A DNA stretch of 63,897 nucleotides, the filler included, from Sandaracinaceae bacterium (GTDB lineage Bacteria > Myxococcota_A > Polyangia > Polyangiales > JADJQN01), in assembly GCA_947483975.1 (NCBI GenBank). It is 6 parts of 6 records of this genome, joined end to end, with 100 filler letters (N's around TTAATTAATTAA, not from the genome) between each part and the next. Parts side by side here need not be neighbours in the genome. Positions count along the whole stretch, not along the records: positions 1 to 11,278 come from CANKOL010000150.1; positions 11,379 to 22,574 come from CANKOL010000151.1; 4 more parts are not named here. One strand, 5' to 3'. Made by a program: the position numbers and the translations under genes. Below, one piece after another: positions 8,844 through 18,670 of the stretch. Numbering within the stretch: position 1 is the stretch's first letter; each line of letters begins with the position of its first letter. The notes beneath the pieces are model-generated. The model worked only from the letters and a program-made list of their open reading frames with translations, was not told the origin of the DNA and did not search any database.

Positions 8844-10300
8844 CGCCACGCCTCGATGCGCAGCGCGAGCACCGCGCGGAAGCGCTGCCCGACCACGCGA
8901 CTCGCGGCGTGCTCGAGCTCCACGAGCGCCGTCGTCGCATCCCCGACCTGCCAGTGCACCCCGAGCACCTCGCTCACGGTCGCCCCATAGAGCTCCGGAC
9001 GATTCGCGTCGTCGAAGTGCCAGAGCGACGCCCGCGCCTCGAGGCGCACGTCGCGCGTGACGACGAGCGCACCGTCGACGAGCACGCCGGCCATAGGACC
9101 GAGGTCCCCGCTCCACACGAACGCCGAGCCGCCGAGCGTGAGCCGCCCGAACCGTGCGCGCGCGCGCCCTTCGACGCCGAGGTCGAGGTCGGAGCCGTCG
9201 TTGCCAGAGAGCTCCGCGTGCCTGCCGTGCAGCGCGCCGCCGAGCTCGAGGTGGTCGCTGAGGCGCCACGTCGAGTCGAGCTGCGCGTCCGTGATCGGCG
9301 CGACGGTGAAGTACGCCCAGATCGACCCGGGGTCGAAGCGCGGCACCTCGCGCTCGACCCGCGCCGCGACCGTCACGGCTTCGCTCGCGCGCACGCTGAC
9401 GCCCGCGCGCGCCGCGATGACACGGCTCCCGAGGCCGCCGGTGTCGAGCAGATCGAGCACGCCGTCGGCCTCGAGCCGCAGCGCCTCGAGCGGCTCCGAC
9501 GCGAGCGAGAGCGACGCGCGGCGCGACACCACTCCGCCTTCGACTTCGCCCTGCGCGAGCTCCCAGACCTCGCGATAGGCGACGCGTCCCCGCAAGATCG
9601 TGGTGCGCCCGAGCTCGAGCGCGACGTGCGCGATCGGTGTCGTCGCCGCGGCTGCGACGTACGCTGCGCGCGAGGGCTCGACCGCGAGGTCGAGGCGCGG
9701 TGCGCCGACGGGCTCGAACGCATACGAGCCGCCGACGCTGGTGTCGCGGACCATCAAGCCGCCGAGCGCCTCGACCGCGAGCCAAGGCGTCGGCTCCGCG
9801 CGCACGCGCAGCGCATCTGCCCGCAGCATCCCGAGGACGTCGTAGTGGAGCTGTCGCCCGAGGCGCGCGTCGAGCCCGAGCGGCAGCCCGGTCACCTCGA
9901 CATACGCCGTCGGCAGGTCGATCCAAGTGTCGCGGGCGAGCGGCTGGTAGGCTGCGAGGTTCCGCTGATCGGTGGCCCGCACGCAGAGCTCGCGCGCGAT
10001 GAGGCAGGTGTTGCCGAACTCCTGCGTCAGGCGCAGGCGCACCGTCGCGGACACGCGCGGCGTGCGCCCATCGGCGCTCGGCTCGTCGGCGAGGACGTGC
10101 GCCCAGCTGAGCCCGAGCGTCGTGACGAGCCGGCGCCGCGTGTAGAAGACCGTCGTGCCCGGCGAGCGGACCTCGTACGCCTGGAACGACGAGTCCGACT
10201 CGACCCGCGCGTCGTCTGCGCGTGCGACGCCCGTACCGCCGCACGCGAGCAGGCCAACGGCGAGGCTCAGGCCGGCCGCGATTCGCAGCCGAGCGCGCAT
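8840..10300 (-). CDS. Putative outer-membrane beta-barrel (porin) protein
   Basis: Signal peptide; many alternating amphipathic strands (ATVRLRLTQEFG, LDARLGRQ, VRLEARASLWHF); C-terminal strand LALRIEAWR. Confidence 0.7.
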   Translation of the reverse strand: MRARLRIAAGLSLAVGLLACGGTGVARADDARVESDSSFQAYEVRSPGTTVFYTRRRLVTTLGLSWAHVLADEPSADGRTPRVSATVRLRLTQEFGNTCLIARELCVRATDQRNLAAYQPLARDTWIDLPTAYVEVTGLPLGLDARLGRQLHYDVLGMLRADALRVRAEPTPWLAVEALGGLMVRDTSVGGSYAFEPVGAPRLDLAVEPSRAAYVAAAATTPIAHVALELGRTTILRGRVAYREVWELAQGEVEGGVVSRRASLSLASEPLEALRLEADGVLDLLDTGGLGSRVIAARAGVSVRASEAVTVAARVEREVPRFDPGSIWAYFTVAPITDAQLDSTWRLSDHLELGGALHGRHAELSGNDGSDLDLGVEGRARARFGRLTLGGSAFVWSGDLGPMAGVLVDGALVVTRDVRLEARASLWHFDDANRPELYGATVSEVLGVHWQVGDATTALVELEHAASRVVGQRFRAVLALRIEAWR

Positions 10301-10303
10301 CGC

Positions 10304-10747
10304 TCAGCCGCGCGCGCGGGTCGCGTCGAATTCGCGAGCGAGCGCGTCGTCGAAGTGATCGGCGACGGCGCCCACCGTGCGGATCGCGGCGTCGACCTCG
10401 GAGGCATCGAGGTCGCGCACGCTGCGCTCGTAGACGATGACGACCGCGTCGTCCGAGAGCGCGAACGCGCAGCCGCGCGCCTCCGACGCGTTCAGCCGCA
10501 GCAAGCGCTCGAAGAGCGCGAGGCGCTTCTCAGCCGCCGGAAGCTGGATCACCGGCGCGACGATGCGCAGCGTGCCGACGGGTTCGGCGCCGCTCGGCGC
10601 GGCGAGGAGGACGAACACCTCCGCGCTCCCGCGGCGAAGCGCGAACCGCGCGCCCGGGCCTTCTTGCGGCGCGCGAGCCTGCACGGGGTCGAGCCCGAGC
10701 GTGCGGATCGAGGCCTCGACGAGCGTGATGGCAGCAGAGAGAGTCAT
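10304..10747 (-). CDS. YbjN / type III chaperone-like (CesT fold) protein
   Basis: 147 aa from MTLSAAITLV; RRGSAEVFV, ALFERLLRLNASE..AFALSDD.V and DHFDDAL motifs. Confidence 0.75.
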   Translation of the reverse strand: MTLSAAITLVEASIRTLGLDPVQARAPQEGPGARFALRRGSAEVFVLLAAPSGAEPVGTLRIVAPVIQLPAAEKRLALFERLLRLNASEARGCAFALSDDAVVIVYERSVRDLDASEVDAAIRTVGAVADHFDDALAREFDATRARG

Positions 10748-10920
10748 ACGTCGTCTGCTTTCGCCCAACGCAGGGGAGCGTGTCAAGCGCGGGGGCGCAC
10801 TGGGACGTGCGCGCGGGGCCCAAGCGCCGCGCCCGCGTTCAGAAGCTGGACGCCTCGCCGCGACCGACGTTGAGCTGTTTTCGCCGAAACTGGCAGGGCT
10901 CGCGCGCTTGTGTGACGACC

Positions 10921-10935
10921 TGGCACACTCGCTGC
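10921..10935 (+). promoter_or_regulatory. Candidate sigma54 (-24/-12) promoter
   Basis: TGGCACA-CTCG-CTGC with GG-N10-GC spacing, about 60 nt upstream of the ATG at 10998. Confidence 0.45.
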
Positions 10936-10997
10936 GCAGCTCACGCAGCGATCGCCCGCAGCCGAAGCGGGCACACGGGTTGCTGTACCGGAGGCTC

Positions 10998-11278
10998 ATG
11001 CGCATCCGTCTCACGCCCCGGTCGGCCGCTCTGTTCGTGACGCTCGCGCTCGCCGCCTGCGGGACCGACCCCGTGGCCCCGCAGCTCGAGGGCCTCACGC
11101 GCCTCGACGACGCGGCGCGCGCCGCCGGGCAGTCGTTCGGCGTGCCGGCGGACCTGACGCTCGCGGTCGCTTATGCCGAGACGCGCTGGCAGCTGCCGAC
11201 CGTCGACGGTCCCGCGGCCAGCGGCGGCGATCGCGAGCACGCGCCTGCGCTCGTCGGCGTCGGGGGCCTGCGCCCGTG
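10998..11278 (+). CDS. Lipoprotein N-terminus, truncated by the contig end; resembles the N-region of some amidase/lysozyme-like proteins
   Basis: GGAGG RBS; lipobox LAAC; FGVPADLTLAVAYAETRW motif. Confidence 0.6.
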
Positions 11279-11378
11279 NNNNNNNNNNNNNNNNNNNNNN
11301 NNNNNNNNNNNNNNNNNNNNNNTTAATTAATTAANNNNNNNNNNNNNNNNNNNNNNNNNNNNNNNNNNNNNNNNNNNN
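11279..11378. other. Artificial contig spacer
   Basis: 100 nt of N with a central TTAATTAATTAA (stops in all frames). Confidence 0.99.
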
Positions 11379-12510
11379 GCAGGTCAACGACCTCGGCGGC
11401 GTCGACGGCCAGAAGTTCGCGGTCGTCTTCTGCACCAACCAGCAGAACTCCGTGATCGACACCTCGACCGAGGAGCAGGCGACCGCCACCGTCGGGAGGT
11501 TCCTCGCCAGCGACCTCGGCGTGCCCGCGATCCTCGGGCCCTCGACGTCTTCGCAGGCCGAGGCGCTCTACGCTGCGGTGGCGCCGCTCGGCACGCTCGT
11601 GATCTCGCACTCGGCGACGAGCACCTCGCTGACCGCGCTCGACGCGAGCACGGGGCTCTTCTGGCGCACCTGCGCGCCGGACTCGGAGCAGGGCGCCGCG
11701 ATCGCCGACGACCTCGAGTCGCGCGGCGTCGGCACGGTCGCGATCGTCTTCGAGGAGGGCTCCTACGGCACCGGCCTCGCGGACGTCTTCACGCGCTCGT
11801 TCTCGGGCACGGCCACGCGCTTCCCCTTCGAGCTAGGCAACGCGACGCTGCGGGACGCGCAGGCGATGACCGTCGCGACGCGGGCGAGCGAGTTCGAGGA
11901 GATCTTGTTCATCTCCTCCAACTTCTCCGACACGCAGCAGTTTCTCCGCTTCGCGGCGTCTTTCCCGGGTCTCGCGGGGAAGCAGATCTTCCTCACCGAC
12001 ACCGCCGCGGGCTCGCCGGAGTTCCTCAGCGATATGCTCGCGGCGCCGCTCTTTCCGCAGCTCCGTGGCTCGCGCCCGGCGCTCGCGACGGGCCCCGTCT
12101 ACGAGCAGTTCCTCGCCGCCTATCGCACGCGCTTCAGCACCGCCCCCGACGTCACGCAGTATCAGTACGTGCCGTACGCGTATGACGCCGCTTGGCTCGC
12201 CTTCGCGAGCGCCGTCTGGTCCGTGCAGAAGAGCGGCGCGATCCGCGGCACAGACATGGCGGACGGACTCGCCCACGTCAGCGGCACGGGACCGACGGTG
12301 ATGGCCTTCGACCTGCTGCCTGGGGGCTGGAGCGCCCTCTCGACGGCGCTCGCCGCAGGACGAGACGTCAACGTGAACGGCGCGTCCGGCGCGCTCGACT
12401 TCGACCCGGTGACCGGCGAGACGAGCGGCCCCGTCGAGATCTGGACGGTCGACACGATGGCGCGCCCGGCGCAACTGGTCGTCGACCGGGTGGTCACGCC
12501 GGGGCCATGA
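11379..12510 (+). CDS. Periplasmic binding protein type 1 (LivJ-like ABC substrate-binding), 5' truncated
   Basis: AILGPSTS, ISHSATSTSLT, FWRTCAPDSEQG, YGTGLA, AYDAAWL, GASGALDFD. Confidence 0.88.
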
Positions 12511-14513
12511 GCGGCTTCGACGACGTCCTCGAGGACGACGGCACCGGGCTCTGGCGCTGGTGCGAGCAGACGGATGTGCTCGAGTGGTCACCGGCGATGT
12601 TCGCGCTGCACGGGCGTCCGCCCGTGGCGGGCGCGCCCGCGCTCGACGACTGGCTCCCTCAGGTCCGCGCGAGTCAGCACGCCGGCGACGGCGTAGGCGA
12701 GTTCGCGTCGCTCATCCTCGACGGCGAGCAAGGCTGCGTCACGCGCACGGAGCTGATCGTGCTGTGCGCGGACGGCATCGAGCGACACGCGGCGAGCACC
12801 GTGCGCGTGCGCTGCGCGACGCCGGGTGCGCGCGAGGTCGTCGGCACGATGCGCCCGATCTTCTCGACGCCGCGGCTGAGCGTCGAGCACGCGCTCAAGG
12901 AGAGCCGCGCGCACGTCGAGCGCGTGCGCACAGCCGAGTCTCTCCGCACGCAGACGCAGGAGCTCGAGGCGGCGCAGACGCTCGCGAACGTCGGGACCTG
13001 GGTGTTCAACACCGAGACCGGCGCGATGCGCTGGTCGGAGGAGATGTTCCGCATCCACGGGCTCTCGCCGGAGACGTTCGTGCCGACGGTCGCCTCGGCC
13101 GCGACCGTGATCGTCGCCGAGGACCGCGAGCTCGTCGAGCGCGCGAACAAGTCGCTCCGCACCAAGCCGCGCATCGGGCCCTACAACTACCGCGTGCGCC
13201 TGCCCTCCGGCGAGGTCCGGCACATGGTCGGCGCCGCGCGGCTGATCCGGAACAGCGACGGGCTCGGCGTGCGCATCCTCGGCACCGCGCTCGACGTGAC
13301 CTCGCGGGTCGAGCTCGAGGCGATGCTGCTGCACGCGCAGAAGCTCGAGGGGCTCGGCCGGCTCGCGGGCGGCGTCGCGCACGACTTCAACAACGCGCTG
13401 ACGGCGATCCTCGCGAACGCCGACGCCGCGCTGCTCGATGGCGCGAGCGGCGTGGAGGAGGAGCTGCGCGAGATCACGCACGCGGCGCTGCACGCGAGCG
13501 AGCTGACGCGGCAGCTGCTCACCTTCGCGCGGCGCGACGTCGCGCGGGCGCAGCGCATCGCGCCGAACGACATCGTCGCGTCGCTCTCTCGCACGCTCGG
13601 GCGCCTCGTCGGCGAGGACGTGAAGGTCGCCATCCGCTACGGCACGCCGTCCGCGACCGTGCTCGCGGATCCGGGTCGGCTCGAGCAGGTCGTGCTCAAC
13701 CTGGTGTTGAACGCCCGCGACGCGATGCCGGGCGGCGGCGCCCTCACGATCGAGACCTCGGTGGTCGACCTCGACGCGGCGCACGTCGCGCGGCACGTCG
13801 AGGCCAGCCGCGGTCGGCATGTGCGCCTCGACGTCAGCGACACCGGCTCGGGGATGAGCGAGGAGACGAAGAGCCGCCTCTTCGAGCCGTTCTTCACGAC
13901 GAAGGCTTCGGGCGTCGGCACCGGCCTCGGGCTCGCGACGTCCTACGGCATCGTCCGGCAGGCCGGCGGGCACCTCACCGTCGAGAGCCATGAGGGCGTC
14001 GGCTCGACGTTCTCGGTGATCTTGCCCGTCGCCTCGGAGGAGGCGGTGTCGCTCGCCACGGCCCCGCGGGCGCGGGCGCGCAAGGGCGGGAACGAGACGA
14101 TCCTCGTCGCGGAGGACGACCTCGGCGTGCGTCGAGTGCTGCTGCGCACGCTGCGCACGCTCGGGTACACCGTCCTCGAGGCGGTCGATGGGCTGGAGGC
14201 GGTCGAGCGCGCCCGCACGCATGACGGGCCGATTCATCTGCTGCTGAGCGACGTGATCATGCCGCAGATGCGCGGCCCCGACGCCGCGCGCGCGGTCCGC
14301 GAGCTCCGCCCGAGCATTCAGGTGCTCTTCATCACGGGCTACGCGGGTGAGTACGGCACCGCCGTCTGGAGCGAGGGGCCCGTGCTCGGCAAGCCGTTCA
14401 CGCCGGACGCCCTCGCGAGCCGCGTTCGGGAGTTGCTCGACGGGGAGGGCGCGCTCGACGTCGGCGCGGCGCTCGACTCCGACCTCAAGAACGACGACGC
14501 CCCGCCGACCTGA
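12507..14513 (+). CDS. PAS-PAS-HisKA-HATPase-REC hybrid histidine kinase (CckA-like architecture)
   Basis: ATGA overlap with the upstream gene; GRLAGGVAHDFNN, NLVLNARDAM, DTGSGM, FEPFFTTK, GTGLGL; receiver EDD..LLSDVIMP..KPF. Confidence 0.93.
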   Translation: MSGFDDVLEDDGTGLWRWCEQTDVLEWSPAMFALHGRPPVAGAPALDDWLPQVRASQHAGDGVGEFASLILDGEQGCVTRTELIVLCADGIERHAASTVRVRCATPGAREVVGTMRPIFSTPRLSVEHALKESRAHVERVRTAESLRTQTQELEAAQTLANVGTWVFNTETGAMRWSEEMFRIHGLSPETFVPTVASAATVIVAEDRELVERANKSLRTKPRIGPYNYRVRLPSGEVRHMVGAARLIRNSDGLGVRILGTALDVTSRVELEAMLLHAQKLEGLGRLAGGVAHDFNNALTAILANADAALLDGASGVEEELREITHAALHASELTRQLLTFARRDVARAQRIAPNDIVASLSRTLGRLVGEDVKVAIRYGTPSATVLADPGRLEQVVLNLVLNARDAMPGGGALTIETSVVDLDAAHVARHVEASRGRHVRLDVSDTGSGMSEETKSRLFEPFFTTKASGVGTGLGLATSYGIVRQAGGHLTVESHEGVGSTFSVILPVASEEAVSLATAPRARARKGGNETILVAEDDLGVRRVLLRTLRTLGYTVLEAVDGLEAVERARTHDGPIHLLLSDVIMPQMRGPDAARAVRELRPSIQVLFITGYAGEYGTAVWSEGPVLGKPFTPDALASRVRELLDGEGALDVGAALDSDLKNDDAPPT

Positions 14514-14544
14514 GGTCAGCGGGGCGCAGTTCGAGTGGGCTTTG

Positions 14545-14575
14545 GCGTGCGGCTGGCCGAGGCCACGCCGCACGC
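14545..14575. terminator. GC hairpin between convergent genes
   Basis: GCGTGCGGC-TGGCC-GA-GGCCA-C-GCCGCACGC. Confidence 0.4.
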
Positions 14576-14589
14576 TTCAGCGAGGCGCG

Positions 14590-17500
14590 TCAGATACCGA
14601 AGCCGTACTCCCAGCTGAGGCGGCGGACGACGTTGACGTTGTCCATGTAGCGCGCGAGGTCAGCGGTCGAGCCCGCCGTGAGGAGCGCCTGCGCGTGCAG
14701 GAGCATGTTCGCGCCGACGCCCTTCTCGACGCCACCGACCATGCGCGAGACCGCGACGTAGGTGAGGCCGCTCGACGGGTCGAGGAACGTGACGGTCGGA
14801 CCAGCGAACGTCACGCCTTCGGCGCCGCCGAGGACGGAGATGCGCGAGTCGTTCATGTACGTCTGGTCGAAGGTCTGCGGGATGAGCGCCATGCCGAGCA
14901 CGGTCGCGTAGAGCTGGATGGAGAACGACGCGCCCGGATCGATCGGGTTGCCCGGGGCGCTGTTGTTCGCCAGCTCGAGGGGGGTCGGGTAGGTGAGCGG
15001 TCCACCGCGGACTGCGCCGACGCGCGGGCCGATCGTGCTCCAGTCGTCCGACAGGAGGCCGCGGAAGAAGCCGTTCATCGAGGGCGCGAACGTCGTGTAG
15101 TAGCTGAGCTGGTACTGGCGGACGTCCGCCGAGGTGTCACGACCGATGAAGTGCGTCTCGGGGTCCGTGAGGGCCTGGAGGGCGACGACCTTGTCGTAGA
15201 AGTAGCCAGCGCGCTCGACCTGGTCGAACCAGAAGTAGCCGGCGTCGAAGTTCCAGGTCGTCTCGATGTAGCGACCGTCGGGGACGCCGATCGTCGTGCG
15301 GCCAGTGCCGGGGAGCAGCGCGGTGCTGCCGTCGGGGCGGGTGCCCGCGCCGTAGTCGCCGGGCTCGGGAGCCGCGATCACGCGCGTGAACATCGCGTAG
15401 CCGACGCCGACGCCGAGCGTGTACGCGCCCATGCCGTGCTCGTCGGTCCAGTAGGGGTCCGTGTCCGTGACGCCGAAGACGTCCGTGATGATCGGGCGGT
15501 AGAGCGCGTAGATCTGGTTCGCGTACTGCAGCTTCGTGAAGTAGCGGCTGTAGATGCGGTCGACGTACGACTCGGGGTTGAACCCGACGCGCTGCCGGCG
15601 GAACGCGTTGAAGATGTAGTAGTTCCAGTACGTGTCCGCCTGGTTCTGCATCGTCTCGTAGACGTCCGCGCCAGCGTCGTAGCGCAGGCAGTCGGGGCCG
15701 AGGTCCGCCTGCTCGTCCGAGCAGAACAGGTACGGAACGGTCGGGCGGCCCTGCGCGTCGACGACCTTCGTCTCGATGCCGGAGCCAGCGAGGGTCGCGT
15801 CAGCGGCGAGCGAGGTGTAGGGGACGTCTGCGCGACGCTCGAGGCCGGCGATGCCGCCGAGGAGGCCGGGGATGTCCGTGTAGTTGTACGCCGAGAGCGG
15901 GCCACCGAAGGCCGCGTCACGCGTGAGCGTCGCGGGCCAGCCGTAGGTCGAGAAGGCGTCGTACCAGATCATCTCGTCGGGGTTGGTGACGCCGTCGAAG
16001 ACCTCGACGAGGTCGGCGTAGCCCATCTTGATCGCGGCGCGGTCGTAGTGACCGATGCCGTTCGCGTCGGTGACGACGAAGTTGTTGCCGTAGTCCATGA
16101 CGGTCGAGTACTGCGCCTCGCGCTGACGGCCGTTGATCTCGGCCTCCGTCATCGGGTCCCACGCGCGGGGGCGCATGTTGCCGTCGTCGCGCAGGGTCCA
16201 GTATTGGGGGCCGTAGTTCACGGAGTCGAACGAGCCGCTGAAGTTGTGGCGGAGGCCGAGCGTGTGACCGACCTCGTGCGTGGTGACCGCGTCGAAGATC
16301 GGGTGACGCAGCATCGAGCGGACTGCCTGCTGGTCGATCGCGCCGGTGCCGTCGATGACCGAGTAGTCGTGGCCGTACCAGGACACGACGCCCGTGCCGC
16401 TCGTGATCGCGGCCTTGATCTCGCGCGCGAGGCCGAGCATGCCGTCGTCGGCGAACTCGGTGCCGAGCACGCAGCCGTTGGCCTGGAGGCGCTGGCGGGC
16501 GGCGTCGAGGGCGCGCATCTGCGCGACGTTCATGTTGCCGCGGAGCGGGGAGGCCGCCGCGAGCGTGGAGTCGTCCACCGCGAGCGCCGGGTCGATGCCC
16601 GCGCCGGCGATGAGGTCACGCGTCGTCAGCTGCCGCTCGATGCTGCTGCCGTCGAGGCCGCCGAGGAGGCCCTGACCGCGGTTGTCGTTGCGCCCGAAGA
16701 CGCCCGCGCGGGTGAGGCGCGCGCGGCTCTGGTCGACGCTCGCGAGGAGCGCGGCCGGGGTCGAGGGACCGGCGTGTGCCGCGCCGACGATGGGCGCGAG
16801 GCGCGAACCGAAGTTCATCGCCGCGTTGATGTCGGCGGCGTTCGAGCCGTCGATCGGGATGATGTGGTCGTCCGCGCTGCGGCCCGACTCGAGCGAGCCG
16901 GGAGCGGCCATGCGCTCGACCCACGCGCTGACGTTCTGCCCGCTCGTGATGGTGTCGGTGCCGATGTCGCCGTTGAGCAGGGCGACGATGTCACGCGCGA
17001 AGGTCGAGAGCGTCTCGATGCCCGCGCCGTAGATGAACGCGTTGCCTTCGATGATCTCGCCGGTCTCCGGGTCGGCGGCCGAGGGGCCGTAGCCGAGCGG
17101 GGACGAGCGGTGCGGGTCATTGACCCAGCCGATCATCGAGTAGCGGAGGTCGCCGATCTCGGCGGTCGTGCCCTCGGTGCCGCAAGACGCGGGGTCGCCC
17201 GCGCGGACGGGGCTGTGGCAGAGCACGAAGACGTTCGCGCCGTCGGAGCGCGTGCGCTCGCTGACGCAGGAGCCGGCGTCGCCGCCGTTGGCCAGACACT
17301 CTTGCTCGCGGGCCGAGGCGACGGTGTCGACGAAGGCCGAGTTCCACTGCTCGGTGAGGTGCGTCGCGTCGTCCTCGAGGTCGGCCGGGAAGTTGGTCGA
17401 CAGGAAGTACGGGATCTGACGGACCGTGCGGTCACGGAACGGGATGGTGCAGGCGCCGGTCGGCGTCAGGTGCGCGCGGGCGTAGTCCATGTCGCAGACG

Positions 17501-18507
17501 GAGCCGCGACCGCCGGTGCAGTCGGCGTTCGTGGTGCAAGCGACGAGGTCGCCAGCGGCCGTGTGCACGTGGCTCTGCTGCCAGACGTTGTGGCGGTTGA
17601 CGAAGCGGTTACGCGCCGACTCGACGAGGCCGTACTGCGGGTTGTAGCCGGGGCGAACGGTGACGAAGTAGCCGAAGCGCTCCATGCGATCGCCGTCGTA
17701 CACTTCGGGCTGGTAGTCGCGGTCGGGGTCGACCTTGAGGAACGAGCTACGGACCGTGATCTCAGCCGAGGTGCAGTCGAACTGGTCCTGGTAATACATG
17801 TAGCAGCTGGAGATGTTGCCGAGGCCGGGGATGTTCACCATGCCGGGCGTGACAAAGGACTTGTTGACGATGTCCATGTAGTCGAAGTTGCCGTCGCCGG
17901 TCTGGTCGACGAACTTCGGGGCGTTCGGGTCGTCCGAGCCGAACGGAACCTCGTACGCGACGGACTCGGTCTGGACGCCGTCGAACAGGCGACCGAGCGC
18001 GAGGAAGTCCGAGCTCTCAGCGAGGTTCTTCGACCAGTCGACGCGGAAGAAGTCGCGCTCCTGCCAGGGGCGGTCGCTCGAGTTCTCCTCGACCACGTTC
18101 ATCTCTTCGCCCGTCGTCGTGTTGTACTGACGGCGGATGTCGAAGTGCGACTTGATCGCGTAGATCGCGACGGGCGCGTTCGCCTCGGTGGACGGGCCGG
18201 TGATGCCGGTGCCCTCGGAGTTGGCGACCCACTCGTAGCTGCGGCGGGCGATCAGGTAATTCTCCTGGATCTCCCACTTGATCTTCTCGAGCGGCCCTTC
18301 CTCACCGACGAAGGTGAAGGCGACGCTGTACGGCGTATCGATGACCGTCTGGCGCAGGTAGAAGGTCGAGTCGAGGAACTCGGACTTCTTCAGGGCACCT
18401 GGCTGGACGCGATTGACCGTGGGCTGCGCCACAGCACAACCCCCGAGTGTCGTCGCTATGAGAGCGGCGGCGACCATGAGGGGGGTAAGACGGTTCCACG
18501 AAAACAT
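14590..18507 (-). CDS. Large zinc-dependent metalloprotease lipoprotein (metzincin; DUF4953/EcxA-like)
   Basis: Start MFSWNRL with AGAGGAG RBS; lipobox LGGC; HEVGHTLGLRHNF, Met-turn STVMDY, PLGYGPSAADPETGEII, PYLFCSDE. Confidence 0.9.
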   Translation of the reverse strand: MFSWNRLTPLMVAAALIATTLGGCAVAQPTVNRVQPGALKKSEFLDSTFYLRQTVIDTPYSVAFTFVGEEGPLEKIKWEIQENYLIARRSYEWVANSEGTGITGPSTEANAPVAIYAIKSHFDIRRQYNTTTGEEMNVVEENSSDRPWQERDFFRVDWSKNLAESSDFLALGRLFDGVQTESVAYEVPFGSDDPNAPKFVDQTGDGNFDYMDIVNKSFVTPGMVNIPGLGNISSCYMYYQDQFDCTSAEITVRSSFLKVDPDRDYQPEVYDGDRMERFGYFVTVRPGYNPQYGLVESARNRFVNRHNVWQQSHVHTAAGDLVACTTNADCTGGRGSVCDMDYARAHLTPTGACTIPFRDRTVRQIPYFLSTNFPADLEDDATHLTEQWNSAFVDTVASAREQECLANGGDAGSCVSERTRSDGANVFVLCHSPVRAGDPASCGTEGTTAEIGDLRYSMIGWVNDPHRSSPLGYGPSAADPETGEIIEGNAFIYGAGIETLSTFARDIVALLNGDIGTDTITSGQNVSAWVERMAAPGSLESGRSADDHIIPIDGSNAADINAAMNFGSRLAPIVGAAHAGPSTPAALLASVDQSRARLTRAGVFGRNDNRGQGLLGGLDGSSIERQLTTRDLIAGAGIDPALAVDDSTLAAASPLRGNMNVAQMRALDAARQRLQANGCVLGTEFADDGMLGLAREIKAAITSGTGVVSWYGHDYSVIDGTGAIDQQAVRSMLRHPIFDAVTTHEVGHTLGLRHNFSGSFDSVNYGPQYWTLRDDGNMRPRAWDPMTEAEINGRQREAQYSTVMDYGNNFVVTDANGIGHYDRAAIKMGYADLVEVFDGVTNPDEMIWYDAFSTYGWPATLTRDAAFGGPLSAYNYTDIPGLLGGIAGLERRADVPYTSLAADATLAGSGIETKVVDAQGRPTVPYLFCSDEQADLGPDCLRYDAGADVYETMQNQADTYWNYYIFNAFRRQRVGFNPESYVDRIYSRYFTKLQYANQIYALYRPIITDVFGVTDTDPYWTDEHGMGAYTLGVGVGYAMFTRVIAAPEPGDYGAGTRPDGSTALLPGTGRTTIGVPDGRYIETTWNFDAGYFWFDQVERAGYFYDKVVALQALTDPETHFIGRDTSADVRQYQLSYYTTFAPSMNGFFRGLLSDDWSTIGPRVGAVRGGPLTYPTPLELANNSAPGNPIDPGASFSIQLYATVLGMALIPQTFDQTYMNDSRISVLGGAEGVTFAGPTVTFLDPSSGLTYVAVSRMVGGVEKGVGANMLLHAQALLTAGSTADLARYMDNVNVVRRLSWEYGFGI

Positions 18508-18562
18508 GCTCGGTTCTCCTCTTTCAGCGCGGCCCGGCGGGCAGGCGCGCCGCAAGGTACTA

Positions 18563-18578
18563 CGCAAACGGCGTGCCG
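18563..18578 (-). promoter_or_regulatory. Sigma54 promoter of the metalloprotease gene
   Basis: Minus strand CGGCACG-CCGT-TTGCG, close to consensus YGGCACG-N4-TTGC; about 55 nt upstream of the ATG. Confidence 0.65.
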
Positions 18579-18670
18579 CCCGCGCAGAAACGAGATCCCG
18601 CGGGAATAGGACGCTCTTTCGCGTTTCAGGAGCCGGACCCTGCCGGGCCCGCCCGGCGATCGTCACGTCC

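Noticed and set aside
7626..10244. 872-aa ORF as a long cytochrome
   Set aside because: The upstream part is an Arg-rich off-frame read of the barrel gene. The real start is the ATG at 8843.
10304..10747. Type III secretion locus implied by the chaperone-like gene
   Set aside because: No T3SS genes are nearby, and YbjN-like proteins commonly occur alone.
14347..18609. Long antisense ORFs (1420 aa here; also 23234..26335, 40985..43438, 47254..49398, 56299..58413)
   Set aside because: These are typical stop-poor shadow frames of high-GC genes, with Arg/Val/Ala-biased composition and no motifs.
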